A stretch of 64,000 nt of DNA from Macrostomum hystrix. Taxonomy: Eukaryota; Animalia; Platyhelminthes. The stretch is taken from assembly GCA_950097015.1 (NCBI GenBank), contig CATNEN010000003.1, positions 12,090,001 through 12,154,000 on the forward strand. The letters run 5' to 3'. The notes below the pieces were generated by a model. That model worked only from the letters and a program-made list of their open reading frames with translations. It was not told the DNA's origin and did no database searches. Positions 47,177 to 60,158 of this stretch are shown here, piece after piece. Numbering within the stretch: the stretch's first letter is position 1; each line of letters begins with the position of its first letter. The translations under genes were made by a program, and so were the position numbers.

Positions 47177-48125
47177 ATGAGCCATCGAAGCTTTGCAGGT
47201 TCGCTTCTCGTAGCGCTGCTCATCCTAGGCCACTTTGAGCAGTCGGTTGCGAGCTCAATAGGCTACTCATACTGGATGTCGAGCTCAGGCACCAACAGGA
47301 CCAGTCCAGCTGTGTTTGGTGAGCTGACGGGAACGCTGAACGCAGCCCACTGCTCATTTGAGTGCTCAGCCAAGCTGATGTGCTACGGCTTCTACTGGAT
47401 CAGCGGCGGTCTGTGCGGCTTGTTCAACTCATCCATATTCTGGATAGTTCCATGGCTGCATGACAACCAGCAGGGCGACGTCTATGTCCGACCACCTAAC
47501 GCAGGTGAGTCCTATTCTCTGGGAAAGTGGCCAAATTAATATCTTTGTTTAGGTTGGTTTTCAGTTCTTTGTTTAAAAATCACAACATGAATCTAATTGT
47601 ACGAGGGTACTCATGGATAAAGTATTGCTTCAAGCGCAGTAAGTGGAAAGTAAGAAGGTAGGAAAGCAATTATCTCTAAACCACTGTAAAGTCATAGTAC
47701 TTACTCTTTCCCGTGCAGGCGCGATAAAGAAGAAGGCGCTGTTCAACTGCAGTCAAAGCTCCGTCTACATGAGCGCAGGGTGTAGTCGAGCTATGGATGG
47801 AAATCTAAATCAAAATCTTTTGGACGGTTCCTGTATTCACTCACGTTCCGATTTGGGAGAATGGTGGCAGGCTCACCTGCTGAGACCGACCATTGTGAGT
47901 CAGGTGACAATCTACAACCGCTTGGACTGCTGCTCTGAGAGGATGAATGACTTAGCTCTAATGGTCGACAATGTTCAGTGTGGCGGAGTCAAAGTTAGCA
48001 AGCCGTTCGCAATCACCAACGTGTCGTGTTGGCACTATGGAAGCAGCATTCGCATTCAAAACCGATTGCCTGCTGGTGGGCCAATCAATATGTGCGAGGT
48101 TGAAGTCTACGGGTTCGATTTTTAA
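47177..48125 (+). CDS. Secreted PAN/apple-like + F-type lectin, copy B (244 aa); exons 47177-47504, 47719-48125
   Basis: Same architecture as copy A; AMDGN; canonical fucose-binding motif H-x26-R-x-D-x4-R (H..RLDCCSER); phase-1 GT-AG intron. Confidence 0.88.
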
Positions 48126-48904
48126 ATCGCTCTCGAGTGCCACTACTGCGAGAAAACCCAAGTGTTTAGGCGAAATGCTGTTAAGAAAACTACGATTGAT
48201 TAACTTAATTCATAGACCTACTTGGCTAAACTTGATTAATATGACGAGACTTTAGGTAACTACTATTGTAATGCTATCTTTCTACAAGCCAACTAAACTG
48301 CTAAATGGCACAAGATGACAAGAGACGTTGAGGCTATGGAAAAGTATATGCGAGAGATCTCAGAGATATCCTTGCTATTTTTTATTTTTATTTTTCTTTT
48401 CTTGAAATATTGAGCTGTCTATATATTGTTGCGACTCTATCTAAAACTAAAATCAGTACTAGCTTTTGTTATGCGCTTAACAAAAATATTTTATTACTGT
48501 TAATTAACAAGTTAATTTTTTAAAACAGTAACCAACTCAAACCCACTATTATGATCTCCACTTTCGACAGTTTTAACGTTCAAAAACAGTTATTATTGAA
48601 TAAAGTCGTATACTAAATTAAAATGTAAGCGTGCTTTGTAACTTAACAATTTTTTTTTCAATTCAAATAGTACAATTATTAACTCAGGCGATTACCAGAG
48701 ATAATATAAAATATAAATCTATAAAAATATTGTTATAATTTTCTTATTCGGACAAGTGCTGATCTTCAACCTCAAAACGATTGACCTGTATGCAGATCAC
48801 TTTTGAAACCGATTGAAATGATTCAACACATACCACACCCACCAACAAAAGTCTAAAATTGGAAATTTGAACTAGCAATTTTAGTATGTGAAGAGTATGC
48901 TCTT

Positions 48905-49217
48905 AGAGTTGATCAGAGATTCTCGTGAAAATGAGCCATCGAAGCTTTGCAGGTTCGCTTCTCGTAGCGCTGCTCATCCTAGGCCACTTTGAGCAGTCGG
49001 TTGCGAGCTCAATAGGCTACTCATACTGGATGTCGAGCTCAGGCACCAACAGGACCAGTCCAGCTGTGTTTGATGAGCTGACGGGAACGCTGAGCGCAGC
49101 CCACTGCTCATTTGAGTGCTCAGCCAAGCTGATGTGCTACGGCTTCTATACTGGATCAGACTCATATAGTTCCGTGGATAGTTTCACTGGATAGTTCTGT
49201 GGCTGGGTGACTACCAC
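48905..49217 (+). pseudogene. Truncated third copy of lectin exon 1
   Basis: Identical to exon 1 until GGCTTCTA, then a 2-nt insertion and scrambled remnants (ACTCAT..TGGATAGTTC..GTGGCTG). No exon 2 follows. Confidence 0.85.
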
Positions 49218-51504
49218 AATGACACTGAGTGTAGGATGACATAAAGTCTATGCGTTTGCATCCCTCATCATGAGCGACAGTTGCAGACAACCAGAGGCCT
49301 CTTCGTATCAAATTCTGTTGATCGCAACTTAAAATCCCCCTTAAAATACAAAAATAGCTACTTTTTTTGCCAATTTAAGTTCCAATTAGGCTTTGGTTGG
49401 TGTACGTGGGTGGTATGCATTGAAGAATCAACTCAATAGGTTTCAAAAATGATCTGACAAGGGACAAGCTGACGTGAAGAGTGACCCCAATGAATGTTTT
49501 ATAACTATAGAGCATCCGGGAGCAGCAAAGTAAGCTGGTAAATTTCTTTTCAGAGTTTTTACTTTTTCTATAACGCATTTGCTAATTTGTATTGCTTTGA
49601 GTAAGCAGCATTTTTAGAAAGCCGGATGCCCCGACCAATCCGGTGCGAGGGCGATAGAGCGACCACTGTCCTACAACAAATACAATTGTAAGTACATACA
49701 AAGAGCATTCAAAATCTCCTTCAAGTCTAGTAGTGTCAATGAATATTGAAGTTTGAAGTATCATGAAAGATTTTTTACATAAAATACAATAGATTGACGC
49801 TAATTAAGGTGTACAGCCAGTGGTACAGCGCTTCCATGGGCTAATTTACTGCTGTTCAGTCCGTGGAGGCCGCCCGCACTACATTTTTCTCCTGCTGACG
49901 CTGACATTTAGGATGCACGCTGTACTGGAGCAATGAGGAAATCATTTATACCATGCTCAACGACACTATCAAACTGTTATCCCTTCTAGGCTAAGCTTCG
50001 AGTTCCAAAGCTTTAAGTCCCGATAATGAAATCTTCAGCAAAAATTTTACCGCCTTAAAATATTGTTTTACACATTGTAGAGACGAAAATATCTTCTGAA
50101 TCCGATATTGTATAAACAAAACTCAATTTTTCCGTCTCTAAAATACGACAGCTTGTTTTCAAGGCTCAATAAATGATTTATGTTTTCTAGAAGAAAGGTA
50201 AAAGTGAGAAATAAGATAAATGGATGCAAACTGAAACAGAATGAAATTATAGAGACATTGCAGACTGTTTAAAAGCGAATTCCCGTAATATTTGAAGGCA
50301 AATCGTTGAGAAAGAGTTGCAATATTACGAGTGTAACAGGGCTTATTACTCTATCTTCCTCTTTCTTGGAAGCGTATTTTCCTGGCCAATATCGTTCCTT
50401 CTTTCTCTCCCTAATTCTTTGTACTATCCCGTATACTCTTCCTGGTGACCCTGAAAAGGGCCGTTTTAGCTCCACAACTATTATTTTATGGGTTTCACTT
50501 AAAGTAGCGCTTTGCACTGGCACGAGCAGTTTATCCTTCCAAGGCACTGGTCTCTTTTTCTCCAGTCTTTGCTGGGCGTTTCTCCAGGATTAGAGGGTCA
50601 CAGCCCCAATCTCTGTTTTATTTACACACTAAGCACTATCTCCTTATTATATTGAATAACACAACAACTTCACTTTAATTCAAGATGATTCTCAGGCATT
50701 GTCTTATAATTCAGGCTCGCTGGCCAAGTTTATTTTCGCAACAAACTGTTCTAATTTTTTACTCTTTCGAGATTTGTTTTAAGAAAGAATTTTCCTTAAA
50801 CATTTAAAATATTTCAAATATACTTTAGGTTCTGAAACACAGAAAACACAATGGAGTATTGGACTGCTACACGAGTAACTATTTATAAGTGTAATAATAC
50901 TATAACATTAAAATAAGAATTAGGCTGCTAAACTCTATTCTTGGGGACGCTTAATCCGGTGGAATTTTTATAATCAGTTGCCACGGCGAACGCTCGTGCA
51001 AAAATATAATTCTCATTAAGACACGTGATGATTAAATGATGACGTGATGGTTAAATGATCTCAAATACAAACAATCAATCACAATCAACTCACACCCACA
51101 CAAACATAGCCCACACATGGCACTTAGGACTCTGCTCTAACGCTCTGCAGTGTCGAAGTTATTCAGATAATGTAGCCACGCATGCACAATCGGCTGACTG
51201 CTCTGGATCAGCTACTGTGGAATTGTCGCATCGAGGTGATGGATCGATACTTAGTTCTAGGTAGCGCTGCTAATAAAGCTGCAGAACCTGCAAGGGTTTC
51301 TGCTTCCACAGAAAGCAAAAAAGCAGCAACAGTTAGCTCTACTACGAGCTATTACACATAAACCTAAAGCGACGAATGCATTGCATGCTATAATATTGAA
51401 GACTCAATTGAATAGGACCTCTCAGTGAAGAGCCTTCTGAATCTGGGTGGGATTCTGTCATTATACCAAAACCCTGGCCCAAAATGCCGACTCATTGCGA
51501 TCCT

Positions 51505-53616
51505 AATCTTGATTCGCAAGTTTAGACACCCGTTGCCACCACGCAGAAGATGATGAAAGAAGTCCAAGAATCTTGATTCGCAAGTTTAGACTCCCGTTGC
51601 CACCACGCAGAAGATGATGAAAGAAGTCCAAGAATCTTGATTCGCAAGTTTAGACACCCGTTGCCACCTCGCAGAAGATGATGAAAGAAGTCCAAGAATC
51701 TTGATTCGCAAGTTTAGACACCCGTTGCCACCACGCAGAAGATGATGAAAGAAGTCCAAGAATCTTGATTCGCAAGTTTAGACTCCCGTTGCCACCACGC
51801 AGAAGATGATGAAAGAAGTCCAAGAATCTTGATTCGCAAGTTTAGACACCCGTTGCCACCACGCAGAAGATGATGAAAGAAGTCCAAGAATCTTGATTCG
51901 CAAGTTTAGACACCCGTTGCCACCACGCAGAAGATGATGAAAGAAGTCCAAGAATCTTGATTCGCAAGTTTAGACACCCGCTGTCACCTCGCAGAAGATG
52001 ATGAAAGAAGTCCAAGAATCTTGATTCGCAAGTTTAGACTCCCGTTGCCACCACGCAGAAGATGATGAAAGAAGTCCAAGAATCTTGATTCGCAAGTTTA
52101 GACACCCGTTGCCACCACGCAGAAGATGATGAAAGAAGTCCAAGAATCTTGATTCGCAAGTTTAGACACCCGTTGCCACCACGCAGAAGATGATGAAAGA
52201 AGTCCAAGAATCTTGATTCGCAAGTTTAGACTCCCGTTGCCACCACGCAGAAGATGATGAAAGAAGTCCAAGAATCTTGATTCGCAAGTTTAGACACCCG
52301 CTGTCACCTCGCAGAAGATGATGAAAGAAGTCCAAGAATCTTGATTCGCAAGTTTAGACTCCCGTTGCCACCACGCAGAAGATGATGAAAGAAGTCCAAG
52401 AATCTTGATTCGCAAGTTTAGACACCCGTTGCCACCACGCAGAAGATGATGAAAGAAGTCCAAGAATCTTGATTCGCAAGTTTAGACACCCGTTGCCACC
52501 ACGCAGAAGATGATGAAAGAAGTCCAAGAATCTTGATTCGCAAGTTTAGACTCCCGTTGCCACCACGCAGAAGATGATGAAAGAAGTCCAAGAATCTTGA
52601 TTCGCAAGTTTAGACACCCGCTGTCACCTCGCAGAAGATGATGAAAGAAGTCCAAGAATCTTGATTCGCAAGTTTAGACTCCCGTTGCCACCACGCAGAA
52701 GATGATGAAAGAAGTCCAAGAATCTTGATTCGCAAGTTTAGACACCCGTTGCCACCACGCAGAAGATGATGAAAGAAGTCCAAGAATCTTGATTCGCAAG
52801 TTTAGACACCCGTTGCCACCACGCAGAAGATGATGAAAGAAGTCCAAGAATCTTGATTCGCAAGTTTAGACTCCCGTTGCCACCACGCAGAAGATGATGA
52901 AAGAAGTCCAAGAATCTTGATTCGCAAGTTTAGACACCCGCTGTCACCTCGCAGAAGATGATGAAAGAAGTCCAAGAATCTTGATTCGCAAGTTTAGACT
53001 CCCGTTGCCACCACGCAGAAGATGATGAAAGAAGTCCAAGAATCTTGATTCGCAAGTTTAGACACCCGTTGCCACCACGCAGAAGATGATGAAAGAAGTC
53101 CAAGAATCTTGATTCGCAAGTTTAGACACCCGTTGCCACCACGCAGAAGATGATGAAAGAAGTCCAAGAATCTTGATTCGCAAGTTTAGACTCCCGTTGC
53201 CACCACGCAGAAGATGATGAAAGAAGTCCAAGAATCTTGATTCGCAAGTTTAGACACCCGTTGCCACCACGCAGAAGATGATGAAAGAAGTCCAAGAATC
53301 TTGATTCGCAAGTTTAGACACCCGTTGCCACCACGCAGAAGATGATGAAAGAAGTCCAAGAATCTTGATTCGCAAGTTTAGACTCCCGTTGCCACCACGC
53401 AGAAGATGATGAAAGAAGTCCAAGAATCTTGATTCGCAAGTTTAGACACCCGTTGCCACCACGCAGAAGATGATGAAAGAAGTCCAAGAATCTTGATTCG
53501 CAAGTTTAGACACCCGTTGCCACCACGCAGAAGATGATGAAAGAAGTCCAAGAATCTTGATTCGCAAGTTTAGACACCCGTTGCCACCACGCAGAAGATG
53601 ATGAAAGAAGTCCAAG
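51505..53616. repeat. Satellite, 64 bp unit x33, with a 5-mer (320 bp) higher-order repeat
   Basis: Unit AATCTTGATTCGCAAGTTTAGACACCCGTTGCCACCACGCAGAAGATGATGAAAGAAGTCCAAG; variant CTGTCACCTC recurs at 51981, 52301, 52621 and 52941. Confidence 0.97.
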
Positions 53617-54660
53617 AAATCTAACTTTTGGAAGGTTATTTATCAGTGCCAAAGCAGATATCCCAACTCGCCTCAATTACCTTGTATGCTTTGTAAGCGA
53701 TTTGCAGCGCAAAGGTGTTTTTTATTGCTGCCACGCCTTCTCACTTGGAAGCTAGCTAACAGATTTCAACTTTGATGGAAAATGGGGTGAAAAGATTGTT
53801 TTTGGCCAATTAGTAAATCTGTTCGCGCTAATCAACCGCCCAGTTGTCCGCTCCAGCAAGAGTGGAAATTCTAGAAGAAAATGTGAGCTAGGACTTTATT
53901 GTTAGTAAGAACTGTTAATTATTATATTGATTGTACTATACTTGTAGTAATAAAAAATAAAGTTTTGTATATTTTCTATTCGCATTTTTTAAATTTCTAT
54001 ATTTTCATTATCTTCCTATGAATCAAAGTGAATAAGGTACGCCTGAAAATAATACAACTCTTTGTAGCTAAATCAGTAAAATTTGGACAAATCGTATAGC
54101 TAACGTCTGTTGTTTCATGGATATTTAGCGTAATGTTTCATTGACAAATAACATAACTCTAAATGTATTTTTCGAGCAATGTTACTTGAAAGTAGTATTG
54201 AAAGGACTGTAGCGTCTCATCATGACCTTCCATCGTACCGTACTTGCCATTCCAGAAAATTCGCCGTAAAACTACAAATTGAATTTTCAATATTTTTCTA
54301 GAAACTTCCACTCTATGAACAAATGATTTGTAAAACACATAATAGCTACAATCAAATATCATCCATGTAAATAACATCATCACGCGCTACAATATTAAAG
54401 TTACTTAAACAGTATTGCACTAGCTTTGTTATAACTCTTGCAACCTTCTAGAATTTTCCGGAAATGCATGTTTTCATCTATAAATATAGAGCCACCATCG
54501 ACGTCATTTTCTTCAACCCTTCGAGCTCACGCTCTCATTGATAATCATCAAAAAAAACAAAAAAACCACCGCCTTTACGCCTCATTTATTAAACACCTCT
54601 ACAGGACCATTGGCGATAGCTCGTAAATTTGATGAGTTTTTTTGTGTCATACATACTTAA

Positions 54661-56247
54661 TTCTGTAGCTTTGGAGGCCTGGTCTGAGGATTCTGTAGTT
54701 TTGGAGGCCTGGTCTGAGGATTCTGTATAGTTTTGGAGGCCTGGTCTGAGGATTCTGTAGTTTTGGAGGCCTGGTCTGAGGATTCTGTAGTTTTGGAGGC
54801 CTGGTCTGAGGATTCTGTAGTTTTGGAGGCCTAGTCTGGGGATTCTGTAATTTCGGAGGCCTGGTCTGGGGATTCTGTAGTTTTGGAGGCCTGGTCTGGG
54901 GATTCTGTAGTTTTGGAGGCCTGGTCTGAGGATTCTGTAGTTTTGGAGGCCTGGTCTGGGGATTCTGTAGTTTTGGAGGCCTGGTCTGGGGATTCTGTAG
55001 TTTTGGAGGCCTGGTCTGAGGATTCTGTAGTTTTGGAGGCCTGGTCTGGGGATTCTGTAGTTTTGGAGGCCTGGTCTGGGGATTCTGTAGTTTTGGAGGC
55101 CTGGTCTGAGGATTCTGTATAGTTTTGGAGGCCTGGTCTGAGGATTCTGTAGTTTTGGAGGCCTGGTCTGAGGATTCTGTATAGTTTTGGAGGCCTGGTC
55201 TGAGGATTCTGTATAGTTTTGGAGGCCTGGTCTGAGGATTCTGTAGTTTTGGAGGCCTGGTCTGAGGATTCTGTAGTTTTGGAGGCCTAGTCTGGGGATT
55301 CTGTAATTTCGGAGGCCTGGTCTGGGGATTCTGTAGTTTTGGAGGCCTGGTCTGGGGATTCTGTAGTTTTGGAGGCCTGGTCTGAGGATTCTGTAGTTTT
55401 GGAGGCCTGGTCTGGGGATTCTGTAGTTTTGGAGGCCTGGTCTGGGGATTCTGTAGTTTTGGAGGCCTGGTCTGAGGATTCTGTAGTTTTGGAGGCCTGG
55501 TCTGGGGATTCTGTAGTTTTGGAGGCCTGGTCTGGGGATTCTGTAGTTTTGGAGGCCTGGTCTGAGGATTCTGTAGTTTTGGAGGCCTGGTCTGGGGATT
55601 CTGTAGTTTTGGAGGCCTGGTCTGGGGATTCTGTAGTTTTGGAGGCCTGGTCTGAGGATTCTGTAGTTTTGGAGGCCTGGTCTGGGGATTCTGTAGTTTT
55701 GGAGGACTGGTCTGAGGATTCTGTAGTTTTGGAGGCCTGGTCTGGGGATTCTGTAGTTTTGGAGGACTGGTCTGAGGATTCTGTAGTTTTGGAGGACTGG
55801 TCTGAGGATTCTGTAGTTTTGGAGGCCTGGTCTGAGGATTCTGTAGTTTCGGAGGCCTAGTCTGGGGATTCTGTAATTTCGGAGGCCTGGTCTGGGGATT
55901 CTGTAGTTTTGGAGGCCTGGTCTGGGGATTCTGTAGTTTTGGAGGCCTGGTCTGAGGATTCTGTAGTTTTGGAGGCCTGGTCTGGGGATTCTGTAGTTTT
56001 GGAGGCCTGGTCTGGGGATTCTGTAGTTTTGGAGGCCTGGTCTGAGGATTCTGTAGTTTTGGAGGCCTGGTCTGGGGATTCTGTAGTTTTGGAGGCCTGG
56101 TCTGGGGATTCTGTAGTTTTGGAGGCCTGGTCTGAGGATTCTGTAGTTTTGGAGGCCTGGTCTGGGGATTCTGTAGTTTTGGAGGCCTGGTCTGGGGATT
56201 CTGTAGTTTTGGAGGCCTGGTCTGAGGATTCTGTAGTTTTGGAGGCA
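54661..56247. repeat. Minisatellite, 30 bp unit (TTCTGTAGTTTTGGAGGCCTGGTCTGRGGA)
   Basis: Visible tandem array with a 3-unit A/G/G periodicity; source of the PPKLQNPQTR ORF. Confidence 0.97.
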
Positions 56248-57569
56248 TTTACATAATGTTACATACTAGGAAGTAAACGATAATCAATATTATTTTATAT
56301 GCTCTCAACTGGCAGCTGCCAGCTCTATTGAAATCAACTTTTCGATCTCTTTTTGTTATACTTTTTCGAGTTTTTCATGCCCTACTACTTAAAGTAAAAT
56401 GTGCAAAGTGTTGTAGCTAATGAACATACAATTACAAAACCGAGTATTAAGCTGCTATGTTACATTTCGAATGTGGATAAATTATCTTATTTACGATATA
56501 AATAAATTTTCGCAACTTAGGTTTTTTTCTGGCACCAACAGACTAAAAAACAATTGCCTAGCTACAGCATTGACAACATTCACTGTGTACTGTATTACTG
56601 CTCTCGTCACAGTCTCATGAGGTCTGCCATACTTATATTGTCACCATACTTGCCGTATTAATGAAGCCTCGTAATAAAAATTAAAAAGTTAAGATATGCG
56701 GAGAAGCAATAGCTTATGCAGAATTTCTTCGCTTTTGCTGGTATCTATCTTACATCCCGCATGGGTGCAGAACAAGATCGAAAGAGAAAGAAAGAGAGAG
56801 GTTCGCTGTCTGTGTATGCAACCGAAGACCTATCTTGGTAGTTTCTGGCTTTGCCTTTACGGGTAATACGACAAGCATTATAACTTCTGCCACTCTCCGA
56901 TCCGATGCAACCTTTCTAAATATGCGAAAGGTCTATAACCCATATAGGAATTTTCATCACTGCAATGTCTGTCCTGAACATAGATAGCCACTGCATTGTA
57001 TCAACATCCACCTTAGCTACATAATACATATTGGATATAGCAGTGGCTAAATGTAGTGCAATGGGATTAATGCTTATATGATAAGCCTAATATGTAGCAT
57101 ATGTCGGGCATGTGGCATGTTCTTACATAGCTATTGGGATCACGAAAGCAGGCTTGCAAAGACTTTTAATTTTCAATAATTGGATGTTGTCGATTTGTTA
57201 TACTTCGGGTCAAATGTTGCAGAATGTGCCAGTCAATCTGACTGTATTTATTCACAGCAGCTTCAGCTATAGTGATATGATATTAAATTGGATTATTTGG
57301 CAATCATGCCTGTGCAGTCAAATCCCGTGCAGCTGATCATAAACCCTACCATTGATCCCTTCCTAAATATTATCTGCACGCAGAGTGGGATGAGGGAGGG
57401 CAGCAATTTTCTCGCTTGAGCTCAGTCACAAATTCGCAGAGGCGGAATAATCAGGTTATTAATATATTGTGTCAGATAATAATAGTATGCTTACTAAGCA
57501 ATAGGATAATTTTTTATCAGCTTCTGTGTTCTGTGTCCTTCTCTTATGGGGTGAAGATCTTATCAAATA

Positions 57570-58799
57570 GTTTAAGTTCTTATCGATTAGTTAAAGTGAA
57601 GTTCCTATCGATAAGTTTAAGTTCTTATCGATTAGTTAAAGTGAAGTTCCTATCGATTAGTTAAAGTTATTATCGAATAGTTAAAGTTATTATCGATTAG
57701 TTGAAGTTATTATCTATTAGTTAAAGTGAAGTTCCTATCGATTAGTTAAAGTTATTATCGATTAGTTAAAGTTATTATCGAATAGTTAAAGTTATTATCG
57801 ATTAGTTGAAGTTCTTATCAGTGGTTTGAAGCTCTTATCGAATAGTTAAAGTTATTATCGATTAGTTAAAGTTCTTATCGATTAGTTAAAGTTATTATCG
57901 AATAGTTAAAGTTATTATCGATTAGTTAAAGTTATTATCGATTAGTTGAAGTTCTTATCAATGGTTTGAAGCTCTTATCGATTAGTTAAAGTTCTTATCG
58001 ATTAGTTGAAGTTCTTATCGAATAGTTAAAGTTATTATCGAATAGTTAAAGTTATTATCGATTAGTTAAAGTTCTTATCGATTAGTTAAAGTTATTATCG
58101 ATTAGTTAAAGTTATTATCGATTAGTTAAAGTTATTATCGATTAGTTGAAGTTCTTATCAATGGTTTGAAGCTCTTATCGATTAGTTAAAGTTCTTATCG
58201 AATAGTTAAAGTTATTATCGATTAGTTGAAGTTATTATCGAATAGTCAAAGTTGTTATCGATTAGTTAAAGTTATTATCGAATAGTCAAAGTTATTATCG
58301 AATAGTTAAAGTTCCTATCGATTAGTTGAAGTTCTTATCAGTGGTTTGAAGCTCTTATCGATTAGTTAAAGTTATTATCGAATAGTCAAAGTTATTATCG
58401 ACTAGTTGAAGTTCTTATCAATGGTTTGAAGCTCTTATCGATTAGTTGAAGTTATTATCGAATAGTCAAAGTTATTATCGAATAGTCAAAGTTATTATCG
58501 ATTAGTTAAAGTTATTATCGAATAGTCAAAGTTATTATCGAATAGTTAAAGTTATTATCGATTAGTTAAAGTTCCTATCGATTAGTTGAAGTTCTTATCA
58601 GTGATTTGAAGCTCTTATCGATTAGTTAAAGTTATTATCGAATAGTCAAAGTTATTATCGAATAGTCAAAGTTATTATCGATTAGTTAAAGTTATTATCG
58701 AATAGTCAAAGTTATTATCGAATAGTTAAAGTTATTATCGATTAGTTAAAGTTCCTATCGATTAGTTGAAGTTCTTATCAGTGGTTTGAAGCTCTTATA
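57570..58799. repeat. Minisatellite, 20 bp unit (ATCGATTAGTTAAAGTTATT)
   Basis: Visible tandem array. Confidence 0.96.
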
Positions 58800-59558
58800 G
58801 ATATCGTGATTCTGCCACAGACTCAGCGATTTATCTCTGTAAAGCAGTGTACAACTGATAAGTCCATGAACTGTTAGGAGTTCATCGCCTCATCCTTGAA
58901 TTCCCCCCTGCTAGTTCTGGTGCTCATTTTACAGCTGTGTGAACTGCAGCACAAGAGCATTAAGCAGCAGGCTCAAGGGGAAAAACATTTCCTTTGTCGA
59001 AAGTCGAAAGTTCTTTCTAGTGGGCTAATTAGATCTTTCAAACAAAAGTAAAAAGCAAAAGTACCACTTTACGCTTTCAACATGTAATTTAATGGGGCAA
59101 AAGCAGAAATACTGCAATTTGATACAGCTGTTTTAGCCGAAGTTGCCGTTTTATATGTTGGTATTCTGTTATGTCTTAACCCACAGTCAAACTTAATTAG
59201 CATGCATACGAGCAGTTCTGTGTTCTAATAAAGCTAAACTCCTTCAAATTACAGTCACTAGCGAAATACACGCACACTTTCTGTATAATTAATATGATTA
59301 CTATTAGCTGACCCTGTTCTTGGATTCAAGCGAATACCCGCCTTTATGAACGAAAACGGCTAAGTCATTTTGAGGGACTCCTTATTACTCGTATACTTCA
59401 ACACTATTTGCTGCATGACAGAAATATTTTTACAGAGCTGAAGAAAATAAATTTCAGTTTACAAGCTAAATTGTGCTTCTAGGCGTGGGATATGAGTTTG
59501 CGACACTTTCCTCCGTCACAGTTAATGATGGACCAGAAGGCTTTATTTATAGTCAAAC

Positions 59559-59860
59559 TTTTTTTTTTGATTACACCTGCCCCAATTGGGTCAGATGTGC
59601 AGCCGACAGCACAGCCGCAGCTAATGCGCGGCGCATCTGAAGGCTGCGTACAGCTGTTCAGTCCACGGACTGGGGAGACGCCACACCCACCTTCAATTAT
59701 CCCAGCTGATGCTGGTACCCATTTAACAGCTGGGTGAACTGAAGCAATGCAGAGTTAAGTGTCTTGCTAAAGGACACAAATTGTTCCAGTGGAGTCGGGA
59801 ATCGAACCCCCGACCTTCAAGTCGTGAGTCCGACGCCCTAACCACTAGGCTACAACCTCT
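59559..59860 (-). mobile_element. tRNA-derived SINE, family A, full length with A-tail
   Basis: A and B boxes plus CORE-like domain as at 6635-6884; T-run at ~59559-59568 is the poly(A) tail. A degenerate relative lies at ~58900-59010. Confidence 0.88.
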
Positions 59861-60158
59861 GCTAGTCTAACTACTATGTCAAAGGTATAGTTTTGAGTAC
59901 GCTTCTCAAACACCATGAATGTAAGTGTATCGTCAGCTAGCTATAGGAAAAATGTGGATCAGATGGTGCTGTTCACTAATAGTCACATAGAACGAGCTAA
60001 AACCAGCTGGGAAATATCCAGTTACATGGTTGACCTAATATTGATCTCTGTCTCCTGATCCGTTTCTCTTCTAATCTCGCCTAAATTCAGTCAAGCAGGG
60101 ATCAATGATGTAAAGAATGTGATCGCTTGCGTACAGGATACATGTACGAGGGCGCTAC

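Larger units (their letters stand above)
43079..48559. repeat. Inverted segmental duplication: arms ~43079-44531 and ~47077-48559, ~2.5-kb spacer
   Basis: The arms are reverse complements over the 5' flank, exon 1, distal exon 2 and ~430 bp of 3' flank. Confidence 0.95.

Noticed and set aside
50269-50593. Short ORFs on both strands, possible transposase relic
   Set aside because: No recognisable motif, termini or splice structure.
51505-53616. CRISPR-like array or tandem C/D snoRNAs
   Set aside because: No unique spacers and no cas genes in a eukaryotic context; ATGATGA is present but there is no D box (CTGA) or terminal stem, and the plus-strand frames hit stops.
54647-56248. 533-aa PPKLQNPQTR ORF as an adhesive or extensin-like protein
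   Set aside because: Coincides exactly with a 30-bp array, includes 32-bp units that shift frame, and has no signal peptide or unique domain. Only transcript data could rescue it.
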